The position numbers were made by a program, and so were the translations under genes. DNA of 64,000 nucleotides, taken from the NCBI GenBank assembly GCA_000182565.2, contig KQ257453.1. The stretch is one strand, 5' to 3'. The DNA is from Spizellomyces punctatus DAOM BR117 (Eukaryota). This document shows, piece by piece, positions 26,059-37,409 of the stretch. The stretch's first letter is position 1; each line of letters opens with the position of its first letter. The notes below the pieces were generated by a model, which did no database searches, was not told the origin of the DNA, and was given only the letters and a program-made list of their open reading frames with translations.

Positions 26059-26286
26059 GACTTTTATTGGATGAGAGTGGAAATGGCAAGGAAAAACACC
26101 GAGATCTCCTGCAGGAAAACACCCTGAGCGGAATCCATCCGATCGGCCAGATGCGCCACATTTAAATGTCCACGTGCACTCGCGCAACGGAAGATGAACT
26201 TCACAGCCGCTCCGCTGTGCTCTTTGAACGAAACCCCTGCGATTTCAACCTTCTTGTCGGCCTTGCTTGTCGCCAGCTACCCAGCC

Positions 26287-26967
26287 ATGATACTACGAGC
26301 GGCATCTCGCCTTTTGCCTGTCCTTTTGATTCTACTGGGTCTGCTACAGGTTCGCTGGACACTGCGGTTTAGAGCGTTTGCAAGGTTATTGACGCGAACT
26401 CCTCACACAGCCGGTGCAATCAGCAAATACAACGCAGTTCTGCAAGTGCTCCTGTCCTCCCAACTCTACAATTCTTATCGTCTCCGCCTGTTCATACTGT
26501 ACTAGAGACTTTTGTGTCGAGCAGAAAGCGTGCTACCGCCCGGTAAAAGAGACTCAGCCGTCCACTGCAACTCTTAGTGCTTCTGTTGTATTGGAGCCGA
26601 CAGAGATCCCTTCAGTAAATGAAGAGGATTGGGGGGTGTTGTGTTATCGTGAGTAGCTTTGTACATGCTATAATTGGCGGTGGCGATGTTCAAGACAGTA
26701 TTGAATTTCTCATGTTTCTGCTTAGAACTTGGAAGTTACAAGGACGAATTTATCATATACTCTTTCATCATTATTGTGTGCAGCCTGTTGGTTGCGTCTG
26801 GGACAAAGCTATGTATGGAGAGATTTGCCAAGGTATGTAGGCCTTCCTGGTTATGCGTTGCCATAACCGGTATTCATTGGCGCGTGTCGTTTGTAATTTA
26901 CAACGACTCTTCTTTGACATAGGACCGATGGTCACCTCGAGCGTTATACAGTACTTTGGGGCGATAA
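26287..26967 (+). CDS. Small type-I membrane protein with Cys-rich lumenal domain, uncharacterised
   Basis: Signal peptide; FCKCSC..CSYCTRDFC..C; then KDEFIIYSFIIIVCSLLV transmembrane segment; 4 exons. Confidence 0.65.
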
Positions 26968-27132
26968 ATGGAGCCCAAAGGGGTAGGGTAGCTCTTGAGC
27001 AGAATGTGAATTTTGCTGGGATGTAATTACAATTTTGGAATTTACGATGATGGAAGAGAGCTTAGGAAGGAAAATTCAATTTGCACGTCCCCCTCCGGCC
27101 CGTATTTCCGTTCCTTTTTCAAGACTCCTTTC

Positions 27133-29614
27133 TCAACGGTTGCCAGCCATACTCTGCGGCACTATTCTCTGCGTGTACCGCATTACCTCAGGCGGAATAT
27201 AAGTTTGTCTCGTCACAGTCGTAAGCGCCCGCGCTTCAGACCCGATACCCAACAGAGACACAGGAGTGTCAAGGTCTGGTTGCATATATGCTTTTGCTGT
27301 CGAGGCAGGGTGAACTATGGGCTGCGGTGGCTCTGGTGCGTACGGGAAAGCACCAATGGTAGAATGGGTGGTTGTTTCGTAGCTGGAATGAAGACTCGTT
27401 AAGCCAGTGCATTTGTCAGTCATCACCTACGCATCCTAAATAAAATCTTACTTACTCGGTCACAAGGCTCTCGCCTGTTTTGTCTCCTACATCGAGCGTT
27501 GCCAATGTGTCCGAGCCGACCTTCACCCCAGCGGCTCTGATATGTTTTGTGTCCCCAGCTGCCATGGGATTTTTGAAAGCCTCCCTCTGACAAGTGCCAC
27601 CTGTTACCCCACCTTCTTTCTCCTCATCACCCAACAAGAAATGCTCCCGGCGAAGATAGCTCCTGCTGTCTGATGACTGCTTTTGGGAGGCCCTATAGGC
27701 GAGTGGATCCTGTACACCTTTGTAGCATGTCTGCGAGATTGATTGCGGTGTGGGTTCAGCTGGATCATGCTGCAGAAGGTTGTGGCCCGTTGCTGTAGGG
27801 ACGGCATGCAACACGGGTCGGGTGACTGCAGTAGTGGGTGCACTATAGGATGTAGACGTGATCGTGCGGTACCGGCCGTCCGTATCAGCGCCAAAGCATA
27901 TGCTACTGGTACCGTCGCTGCGCTGCATATCGGGAATGCCATTTGGTAAGCGTGCGAACTCTGCGGTGTCTCAATCCTACCACACTGCGTACCTTCCGAT
28001 CTTGATGCTCCCTATCACTGTGTCTCTTGACAACCTCAAAGCTCTTAAACTCCTCTTGAGATGTAGTCCGTCCGGTCCGTCTATCGTCGTCGTATTCCTC
28101 TAGCACATGGCTAGGGACGAACTTGCCACGTGGAGTAATGGGAGTCACATCCTGAGAGGAGCGATTCTGAGGTGGAAAAGATGCCGTATATTGAGATTGT
28201 CGCGGGAGAGTTGGGTCATTTCCCAGCTGTCGAATGCCAAAGCATCAGCAAAGAAGGCGGTACTTTGCCATTGAAAGGGCAGCTAGTTACTCACGGTGAA
28301 ATGAGTGGAACGCAGATCTTTGATCGTAGCCTTCATATCGGGCCGAAGGGAGTCGAAATCTAAATTAGCGGGAATATTGTCGTGCGCTGAGAAACAAATA
28401 GGATCCATTATGATGGAGATTAGGACCGGAAACACGTCTATCTTTTCGTCCAATAGATTGTTTACCTTCCCGCGCTGAACTCTTCCAGATGGGAGCTTCT
28501 CCATCCGGACAATCCAATACGTTCGACTTATAACCAAGCCTCTCATAATCCGCAGGAGGAATTGGTGGTAAGGCACGCAATGCGTTGCCAGAGGTGGTTT
28601 CGTAACTAACTCTGTCGGTGCCGAGGGAGATGTGCGTGATGCCTTTGTTTTGACGTGCCGAACGGAAACGTGTGCGTAATTGCGGCTTTTGCAGAGTGAT
28701 TCAGTCGGCAGTCGCAACGAATATCTGGTATTCTATCATACAGATAGATACCTTATGATATGTGTCTTTGTAGGTACTCTGATGTTTTTCAACGTCAGCT
28801 TCCTCGTCACGATATATTATTGGATAACGCTGCAAGGTGTCGCAGAGATCAGAACTTCATAGTATTGAATACGTGAAAGAATATAGATGAACCGCACCTG
28901 GTACTTCTTTTGTGTCTCTTTATAACTCTCTGTGGAGACGGCCTTCAAAAAGCAGGGTTTACAGAATTACCGTGAGCAGAGCAGATGTACATTGGCATCC
29001 GTCCGATTCATGCTTTACCGTGGGATCTTGGGCCGGAAAATCCTCTTTGGTTCTGGATTTGAGTATCAATTCACCACCATCTGGTCCTTCCAGAGTGAAG
29101 TGGGAACGTTTGATGTCCTCAGCAACTATTAGGACATCAGATGCAAATTTCAGCTTTAACGAGCTGCCAAGTGTGCAGACACAACCACAACGTTCCGCAT
29201 ACCAGAGGTCGTCTCTTTGGTCATTATCCCCCTGTCCACTCTCTTGGGCGCAAAGTCCCTCTTCATAGTACTCATCCATTGCGGTGGTTGTTCATCCGCA
29301 TAGTTTGCTGTGTGGGTTTTCGCCTCATTGTTGCTCCTCGCTTTCAGCGTTCAAAAGGATGACAGTCAGTAAGATCGCAACCCGCTCCTTTCGACTTGGG
29401 ATCCGGTAAAAAAAGGTACTTTTGGCTTACGCAAAAATCGATTCTCTCGCTTGCTTCCATAGAGTCTTGCATGCATGTATTCTCTGTGTGCCGGTGACAA
29501 GTCCACGTATCGCGGATCGTACTCGGGACGATGCACCACAGTCGGTGGACTTAGAAGGAGGCTCTTCATGGATTGCGCACTCCGGCTATGTAGCGAAGAT
29601 GCAGCTGTGGCCAT
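27133..29614 (-). CDS. Repeat protein resembling SAXO/TEX45-type axonemal microtubule inner proteins
   Basis: Multi-exon; recurring units HF.LG.D...[ST]xxxx[FY] (WMSTMKRDF, STYKDTY, HISLGTDRVSYETTS, HFTLGNDPTLPRQSQYTASF, TTSQEEF, TTVTRQTY); 5' end may extend further. Confidence 0.6.
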
Positions 29615-30621
29615 GCTCGTCAAAGCGTTCAGTAAACAAAAATGGAATAATCAGTGCCAAAGATGCGTTGGCTTGATTCTTTGGTATGTGTCCCCTTTCT
29701 GCTTGTTTGGCCTGAAAACAGCTTGTTTTTGCTGCTTCATATGTGGGACGTGCGGGGTTTTGGGATAAGGATTTTGATATCGGAGAATTAATGGTTGCAT
29801 CTTATGTGAGGATACAAATAAAGACTACGCTTGGCACATCTGTTTCGTTCGGGACAACCGTGGGTATCGTTGTGACTTACGACGCTTGCAATGGCCATGG
29901 AGACGGAATAAGATAGTAGGGCTAGTATACCCCAGGACCGAGCGAGACAGAGCACATCTTCTAAATAACTTCCACAACGAGATTCATAGCTTTTGACTAT
30001 TTATCTATAGGCCAAATTCATAAATATTTACAAAAATAAAACATAATTCTCCAAGGTCAGAGCAATTGACGTCAAGTACATTAAAAGAAATATTTGCCAA
30101 GAGAGGAAGATGAGTATGTACGGTTGGGAAGAATATTGGACTTACTTCCTCCCGCGTCAGTCTGATGAACAAATACTTCCTCTTCTCGAATATCATCAAA
30201 TTTGGACATTACAAGATATCGTAGGTTCGTCTCCCTCGTCCACCTGGACGGGGTGGCATTGTCAAGCCATATTTACATAATACTCGACTCCGCTGGCTCC
30301 GGTGATCGGTGAGGGTCAAAGGAGCGCTTTGGCAGTGAATGCGCAAAATAAACTTTTAAATTGTCGAAAATAGAAACTTCGCAAGCACTTATTGTTTGCC
30401 GAGACTAACATGGAACCATCACAAAGATAGCCATTGACTGACAAGAATGCTTGCCAAGCCTCTAAACTGCAAGGTAAACCCCAATATGACACGGCCAAGA
30501 GGAATCTGTTTCTGTATGCCTACCTTACACAGATAAAAAGCGGGAAAAAAATAAGTTCAAGCTTGTTTGGTTGCTGTTCTGCAGATTTAGGCGCTGTCAC
30601 CTGCAATTACGCAGAACATTA

Positions 30622-33081
30622 ATGGCTTTACAGCTGTTTCCTACAACCGTGAATTGGAATCCACTTCAATCAAGAACACCAGATTTCTCAGCTCAGGACG
30701 CCAATGGGAATGAGGAAGACAAAAAAGGCCCAGCCAGCAGACTCGGCATCAAAAGTCGACAAAGAACGTCACTTGTTCCCCGCGCATTGGATGTAGCTGC
30801 TGGACAGTTACCCCCTCAGAAATTGGACCTTGCTTTACCAAGAGTGGGTTTACCGTCTCCTGGCGAGTCAGGAACTTATGAATATGAAGAAGTTCCGTCT
30901 TTCTCCTTTGATGCGCCATTTGCTAGGCGAACCGCTGATAAGGATCGTACCTCACGCCGGCGTAGAGGCAGCGATGGTGGTATCGGAATTCGCCCTTCCA
31001 CATCGAGCCTCCAGACAGAAGTGACCAGTGAAGATGTAGCCGAATTACCAGCAATGCCCAGTCGATCATCTCGACGTCGTGGTCACAGCATATCTGCATA
31101 TACCGCTTCATATGATAAACCAGATTGTGGACCTGTCTGCACCACCGTCACATTTCAACGTCGGCGCATGGCTTCCGAGCCACCGCCCAAGACCCAATCT
31201 AAGCAGTTAACTCTTCCAGCAATTGACCCGAACAGAGTACAGCCCGTCAATCGGAAGGACGAAATCAACCCATTCTTGAGTGATAAGACATTGACCGCAA
31301 GGAGCAGAAGGGAATCAATTGTCAATAGAGATTACAGCAAGAATGTGTGGAAGCCGGCTGGCTCTACAACGCGATATACACTCGATTTTGTGCAGAATCG
31401 TGCCAAAGCACGGTCTTTTGCATTGCGTGCACGGCGAGCACTAACTCGACGATTTGTCCGCTCAAAGGTTTCATCAATTGCTGAAGATGAATCTAATCCA
31501 GTTACCACCGAATTAGAGGAGCTTGGTATTTTCTTGATCGAGGAAGAGGATGATTCTACCAGCACACCTGCATCCCGTCGGCACTCCGCGCGTAGGGCGT
31601 TACAGCAGTTTCTCAATGAAGAAGAGGGCGACATTGACGCTGATCTGGAAGCGATAAATCATAAAAAGGCACGCGTCTCACATGTAGAAGAGGAGCCACG
31701 ACCGGAAAGTGCTCAGCAGGCAACTCAAAAGGAGGATCATCTAGGGCTAGCGGGAGAAGAAGCGGTGCCAATTACACAACAGCATACTGAGGAGAAGGAA
31801 ACCCGCAGTGCCGCGTTGTCCAGAGTATCGTCGGCACCTTCTTTGCCGATAATTCCAAGCACTCCCAGTGAATCCTTCCCGCCAACCAGCCCTCTGCTTC
31901 CGGATACATCGGATCATATATTCCCGGTCCGACCTTCCCGTCGTGATCGGGAGTCTTCTCGGTTCCGAGGGGTGGAAGTTACGCCTTTGTTGATGTACGA
32001 CCCGATAATGCGGTTCGTTAGTCCTCATGCAGTGGAAATGAAGGCAGGGTTTCGACCATCTGATGACACAGACGAAGGTATTCTGATATCTGAACAAGAG
32101 AAGGCATGTGTGCAGATACCGCCGACGCGTGATCGAGACTTGGAGTTTCCAATGAGCACTGAGGATGACCGCATGAATGCGAATCGTCAGACCCACGTTA
32201 TGAAAACTATCTTTCTCAATGACTTCCTTGTACTGTATGCGAGTTCAACCCTGGCTCAAGATGCCGATCTGTCACACCTCGTCCGTGATGTTGATGTCCT
32301 TCCGACAGCCCGCCCGACCTCTCCTACCGCGGCGGTAGATGAAGCTGATATACCAATAATGTGCTGGAACTTTTATTCGTATCTTCGAGGTCCTGTGACT
32401 GCAGGGGAATATCAACTGAAATCAGGAGTCTTGCTGCCTGATGACGTGTTGGAGAATATCCTTGGGGTTATGAGTGAGTATGCAAGATACTTTTTGCCTG
32501 GTTTTATTTATTTCTAACCTCTTCGCCTGAAAGGAAATGCGAGGTTGTCGGAAGAGAATCGTGTGGCCGAATTCCGCTCCTCTTTCAAAGAATTGTCGCG
32601 TAAACAATATCTTTTCGTGAAGGCTGTCGTTGGACATTTGAATCGGTAAAGACATACCTTGATCAGCACCAGTGGATATTCTGAGACTGACTTTCCCTTC
32701 TGCTCCAATCTCAGCATAAGCGGAATTAGCCCCTCATACAATATCATCCATGGCCTGGCGTCAGCATTTGGTCCCGTTCTTCTGCCTGTCCCTCTCGTAG
32801 AGTCTCGACCATGTACCCCAGGCCCAGGCACGCATCTAACGGATTCCCGTCCCATACCTGGCTTCCGCAGGAATGATGATGGCACCCCTTTCATATATCC
32901 CGCTCTATTGCCTCCCCCTAAGCTGATCCGGCTGGAGGTGGATGTTATCTCAAGCGCAACGCCCAACAGTATTGCAAGGACTGTGTTCATGGAAAACTGT
33001 GCACCATTAACGGAGCGTTGCGGGGTATTAGCGCTGATGCTGGAGCACTACGATGCTTTATTTAGTGCTTCATTGGCTTGA
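30622..33081 (+). CDS. Large disordered protein with C-terminal degenerate RhoGAP-like domain
   Basis: Spliced C-terminus reads QYLFVKAVVGHLNRI..IIHGLASAFGPVLL..LMLEHYDALF, matching the RhoGAP C-terminal helices. Confidence 0.55.
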
Positions 33082-33329
33082 AAATTGGGAAGGTAGCAAG
33101 GACATTTAACCCCATTGGGGTACTTCTGCAACCGAAAAACACCTACTGCACGTTTGTCTTTGTACAGATAGATAGCTAATAGAAGTCACGAACAGCGAAT
33201 TCAAAGCAAGGTACTCGCACTTATTGGTCATAGAATCTAAATAGATAGTATCTGAGACCAGAATTGCGCGCTGCGAGCATGTGCAGTAACTCCTCCATAA
33301 TCGCGTATGAAGTACCGACAACTATAGTG

Positions 33330-33861
33330 TTACTGAACACTGCCCTTAAGCTTCTCTAAACGTTCCCGTTCCCTGTTACGGATGTATTGCTCCTCGGCAG
33401 CGGCCTGTTTCTTCCTTAATTCAATCAAAGTTCCTTTATTAATGAATCGCAGTGTCTGCAGGTTTACCACCACAGTTAGCAACTCACTTGAAAGCATCGG
33501 CGCCATGCACCCCAGATACGCTTCGCCCATCCTTCAAAATTTCCTCTCGAAACTCAGGATCCATTTTTGGATCTGCATCCAATCTTTTCAATACTTCGGT
33601 TTCTTTCCTTTGTAACTTGGCCTGGAGCTCTCGAATGATCTCCTTTTCGTGATCCCAGAAGTACTTTTCCTCTAAGGCAAACTCGCGCAGGGCAAATCCT
33701 CCGCGAGCCTCTCGAATATGGCTTGCACCCAAGTCATGTTTGCCACCTGGATGGCAAATATCGGCAATTGATCGGGTAGTGCTGTGCATGGGCATGGGCA
33801 AGGAGCAACAACAGATCGGACGCAACGCAACGGAGGGTGACAGAAGCCGAAAAGAAGCCAT
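33330..33861 (-). CDS. Mitochondrial ATPase inhibitor (IF1/INH1-like) with two tandem inhibitor modules
   Basis: Presequence; HIREARGGFALREFALEEKYF; intron 33487-33415; DAFKKKQAAAEEQYIRNRERERLEKLK. Confidence 0.75.
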
Positions 33862-34123
33862 GTTTTTCAGAAACTATTATTGGAAAGCGCCCAAAACCAT
33901 TGTCGGCAAAAGTGGATAACATTTACGTCAGAAGAACGGGCGGATTGGCAGCTACGAGGCTGGCAGTTGCCATCTCAGTTCGACTCACGAAGCTAAGGTC
34001 TGCTTACGCAAGTCTCCTCATTACGCTCGATATAGTCATATAAATCCGGATTAATGCATTTCGCGACAAAGCTGAGATTTCTTGCCAGCAAGCGTCTTTT
34101 CGAGGCATTTCATTCGACTCGAA

Positions 34124-36169
34124 ATGCCCGCAACTCAAGAAAACGAGGCCGCAAAGACGCTGGCTATTCTCGAAGAATGGTTCAAGAGCCATCGCGTTGT
34201 ATACGATGAGCATGCAATTCAATTGAAGCCCAATGTGAGGGGTGCTGTAGCGGACGGACCTGCCTTTGGTGTCATTGCAAAAATGAACCTTTTGGAAGGG
34301 GACACAGGTCTGCACTACTTAATCGGGCAGTTAAAGCAAGGGGGGACATTTAGAGGAGTGGAGTCTGACAACCTCTCCGTTTGTTAGTTTGTACGATCTC
34401 AAAAGACGCAGTTGTCTCCGTGAAGAACTGTGGGATAGCTGATATCATCGAAGAAGCAGAGATAGGAGGAGTATTCGGGCTTGCTTTTGCGTTGATGTAC
34501 GAGCTCTCTCTCGGCGCTCGCTCCCCATGGAGCGGCTACCTTCAATCTCTGCCCCAGCGCGAAAACCTCCCAATGTTTTGGAGCGATCAAGACTTGGAGG
34601 AGCTAAATGGGACGGATCTTGGCGATGATATTGTTGCGGATAAAGCGCTACTCCTTGACGACTATGAGACCATGATACTCCCCATTATCAACGACCATCC
34701 AGAAGCGTTTCCAGACAAATCTTTGCTCACCTTTGAGCATTTCCTCAATGCGACATCCCTTGTAACATCCCGTGCTTTTCAGGTGGATGAATATCATGGC
34801 GACTCAATGGCAAGTGATTGATGGGTGCGTAAAAAGCTATAGTATCTGAATGGTGCGTAATTTTGCAACAGGTACCTTTAGCCGATATATTCAACCACAA
34901 AACAGGTGCAGAGCATGTCCATTTTGAAACCGATACAGATGTGTGCCCATACTGTGGGGCAAATGGGCCTTGTTGGTGTACTGGTTTGGATGACGACGAG
35001 GACGAGGATGGGAATTGGGAAGACGTCTCAGATGCTGACGAAGGAGAGAGTGACACGAATACGATCAAGAAAAATATCGGAATTGAAAATGGAGCGCAAG
35101 TTAACGGCGCTACGGAAAGCGAGGATGCAGACGACGAAGTAGAGGAGCGAACACCTTCCCTTTATGACCCCGATGAGTGGGTTCGGGATGACGAGGAGGT
35201 GGATCTGGAATCATTCGAAGAAAACCCTCTCGCAGACACTAATGATGTACTGGAAATGACCGTTGTACGGCCTTGCAAAACTGGCGAGGAGGTTTTTAAT
35301 ACCTACGGGAATCATAGCAACGCTGCTCTTTTAAACAGATACGGTTTTGCAGAAGAGGAGAACCCGTTTGATGAGGTCAAAGTGTCCATGGACGATATCG
35401 TGATGAGTTTGGAAGGGAAGATGCCATTGAAAAGAATACAAGAACGACAAGACTTTTGGAACTTGGTAGCACGGCGTGTGGTTGAAGACTTCCTTAGCGA
35501 TAATGGTGCAGGCAGCGAGAGTGAGGATGAACCTGAATCTGAAAATGATGAGGATAAGGTAGATGACGATGAAACATCAGAAGGGTCTTCAGTTGCAGGG
35601 TCCGAAGACGAGGAGGACTCGTCGCATGACAATTTCCATTTCACATCCACGGGCCAAGCGTCACCGACCCTCTTCACATTTCTACATATTCTCTACGCAG
35701 ACCCGAATCTTTTCTCTTCATTGGTTGAGGATGTAGAGAAGCTGCAACGCTATGTTGCACAACTTGCATCTGGTGGGTGGACCGTGAAATCTGTGACACC
35801 TGCCAGTAAAGCGAACCGAAGAGTGGGGGGGAAAGTACCCGTTAAGGCGGCGGGTCCGTCGCCTCTCGGACGGGCTGTCTCATCAACCCTTCTGTGGCTA
35901 GCGGAGAAAAGAAGTGCACGCTACACGACTGGTATTCAAGAGGATAAGAAACGATTGCGTACACTGGTAGGTGCTCGCCTGCTCACCTTGCAAGGTTATT
36001 TCGCAACAGAAGCTGGTATTTGACATGTTTCATTAACTTTCATCAGCCGGAGGGACCATCCAATCTCCGTTGGGCATTGATATTACGAATTGGAGAAAAG
36101 GCGGCTTTGGCACAAGCTGTGAAACGGTATTCAAGTTTTGCGACTCCGCTAGGAAGCAAACGCAGATAA
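34124..36169 (+). CDS. SET-domain protein lysine methyltransferase (Rkm3/SETD6-like)
   Basis: SPWSGYLQSLP, SRAFQVD..M-VPLADIFNH, GEEVFNTYG, LLNRYGF; acidic inserts; 4 exons including a GC-AG intron. Confidence 0.88.
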
Positions 36170-36297
36170 ACCGTTCTGAGTGTACCCCATTCAAAATCAT
36201 TTTATTTATACATTAAGCTCCAGAATATCTAGAGAATGTGATTCACAGGCTTAGATTTGGTTAAATACGTTATCTGCTACACGATATCTGGTCTGAT

Positions 36298-37224
36298 CTA
36301 ATATATACAAAAGCGAACCCGTGGTGCAGATTCTTTGATGGAATGCAGTAATTGAAAAAAATCGGTTCTAACCTCTGGAACGTCAAATAATGTACGCTCC
36401 TTCTGATCTTTATGTGTTCCGTCCGCAATGACGAAATCAAGCTCATCTAGCCGCAGTGCACCTACATATCGCGTAAGGTTGGGACAAGGAGAGATGACAA
36501 GCAGCCGTGGGATACGTACCTCCACCATCGGAAATCAGTTTCTGTATCCGGTTGGGTGTCCCTACCGCAATAGGAAACGTGTCCTTCTTCAAAACTTCAA
36601 CCTGATCCTTCAATTTCATATGCTTTGCAAAGAGTTTTGCAACTTTGCAATCGCCTGTCTTCCGAACAAGCCTGCAGACCTCTACCGCCCTTATCGCTGA
36701 ACTCGCCAGGACTAGCACTTTGGGAGCTCCTGGGGGAAGGTTTGAACTCTTAGAGAAAAACTTGGCGGCATCAGATGGGAAGACTATAGGAGTCAGTTAG
36801 CACTCTCAAGAAAGTGAAAAGAGTAGTATTACAATATACGTACGAAAGTCGCGAATAAATAAAGAAATGTTATCGTCGCCCTTTAGTTGCCAGCCCGAAC
36901 AGTCATGTAATGGCAAACCTAAAGTCTCCCTGTATTAGAAAAAGTGAAGGTCGCTAGGTACCGTACGACACGAATACCTTCTTTGGCAAAAAGTGCCGAT
37001 GCATCCACTCCATGTCCTTGTTTCTTTGTCTTCACCTTCTTTTTGGGCTTTTCAGCGATATCTGCGGCTTCAACTGCCTTTCTCTTTGTGCTCGGTTTTA
37101 TAGACTCTTCGGCATCGCTTCCCACATCGGAGATCACAAAGTCTGCAGCTTCTTCTACGCCATCCACAAAGTCGTCCAGAAGCTCATCGCCCTCTAGGGT
37201 GTCTGCTGATTCCAGCTTGCTCAT
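36298..37224 (-). CDS. CMS1: Cms1/CMSS1, 90S pre-ribosome associated helicase-like protein
   Basis: SSAIRAVEV, VAKLFAKHMKLKDQ, VGTPNRI, DQKERTLFDVPE; 4 exons. Confidence 0.85.
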
Positions 37225-37409
37225 GGTTGAAGGTGATCTCTACGAGGAGGACACCAAAGCCCAGGTTTTCTGAGTTGCTTGGGTAATTGTGAGGCATGGT
37301 AACTGCGCCTGCGACTGGTTAGCTTACATAATGTCCTGAAGGCGCGTCTGCACGAGCGGAGTTCCCTCATTTCTGTTCATCTCGCTCCTTGCATCTGGCG
37401 GGCAGGGCG

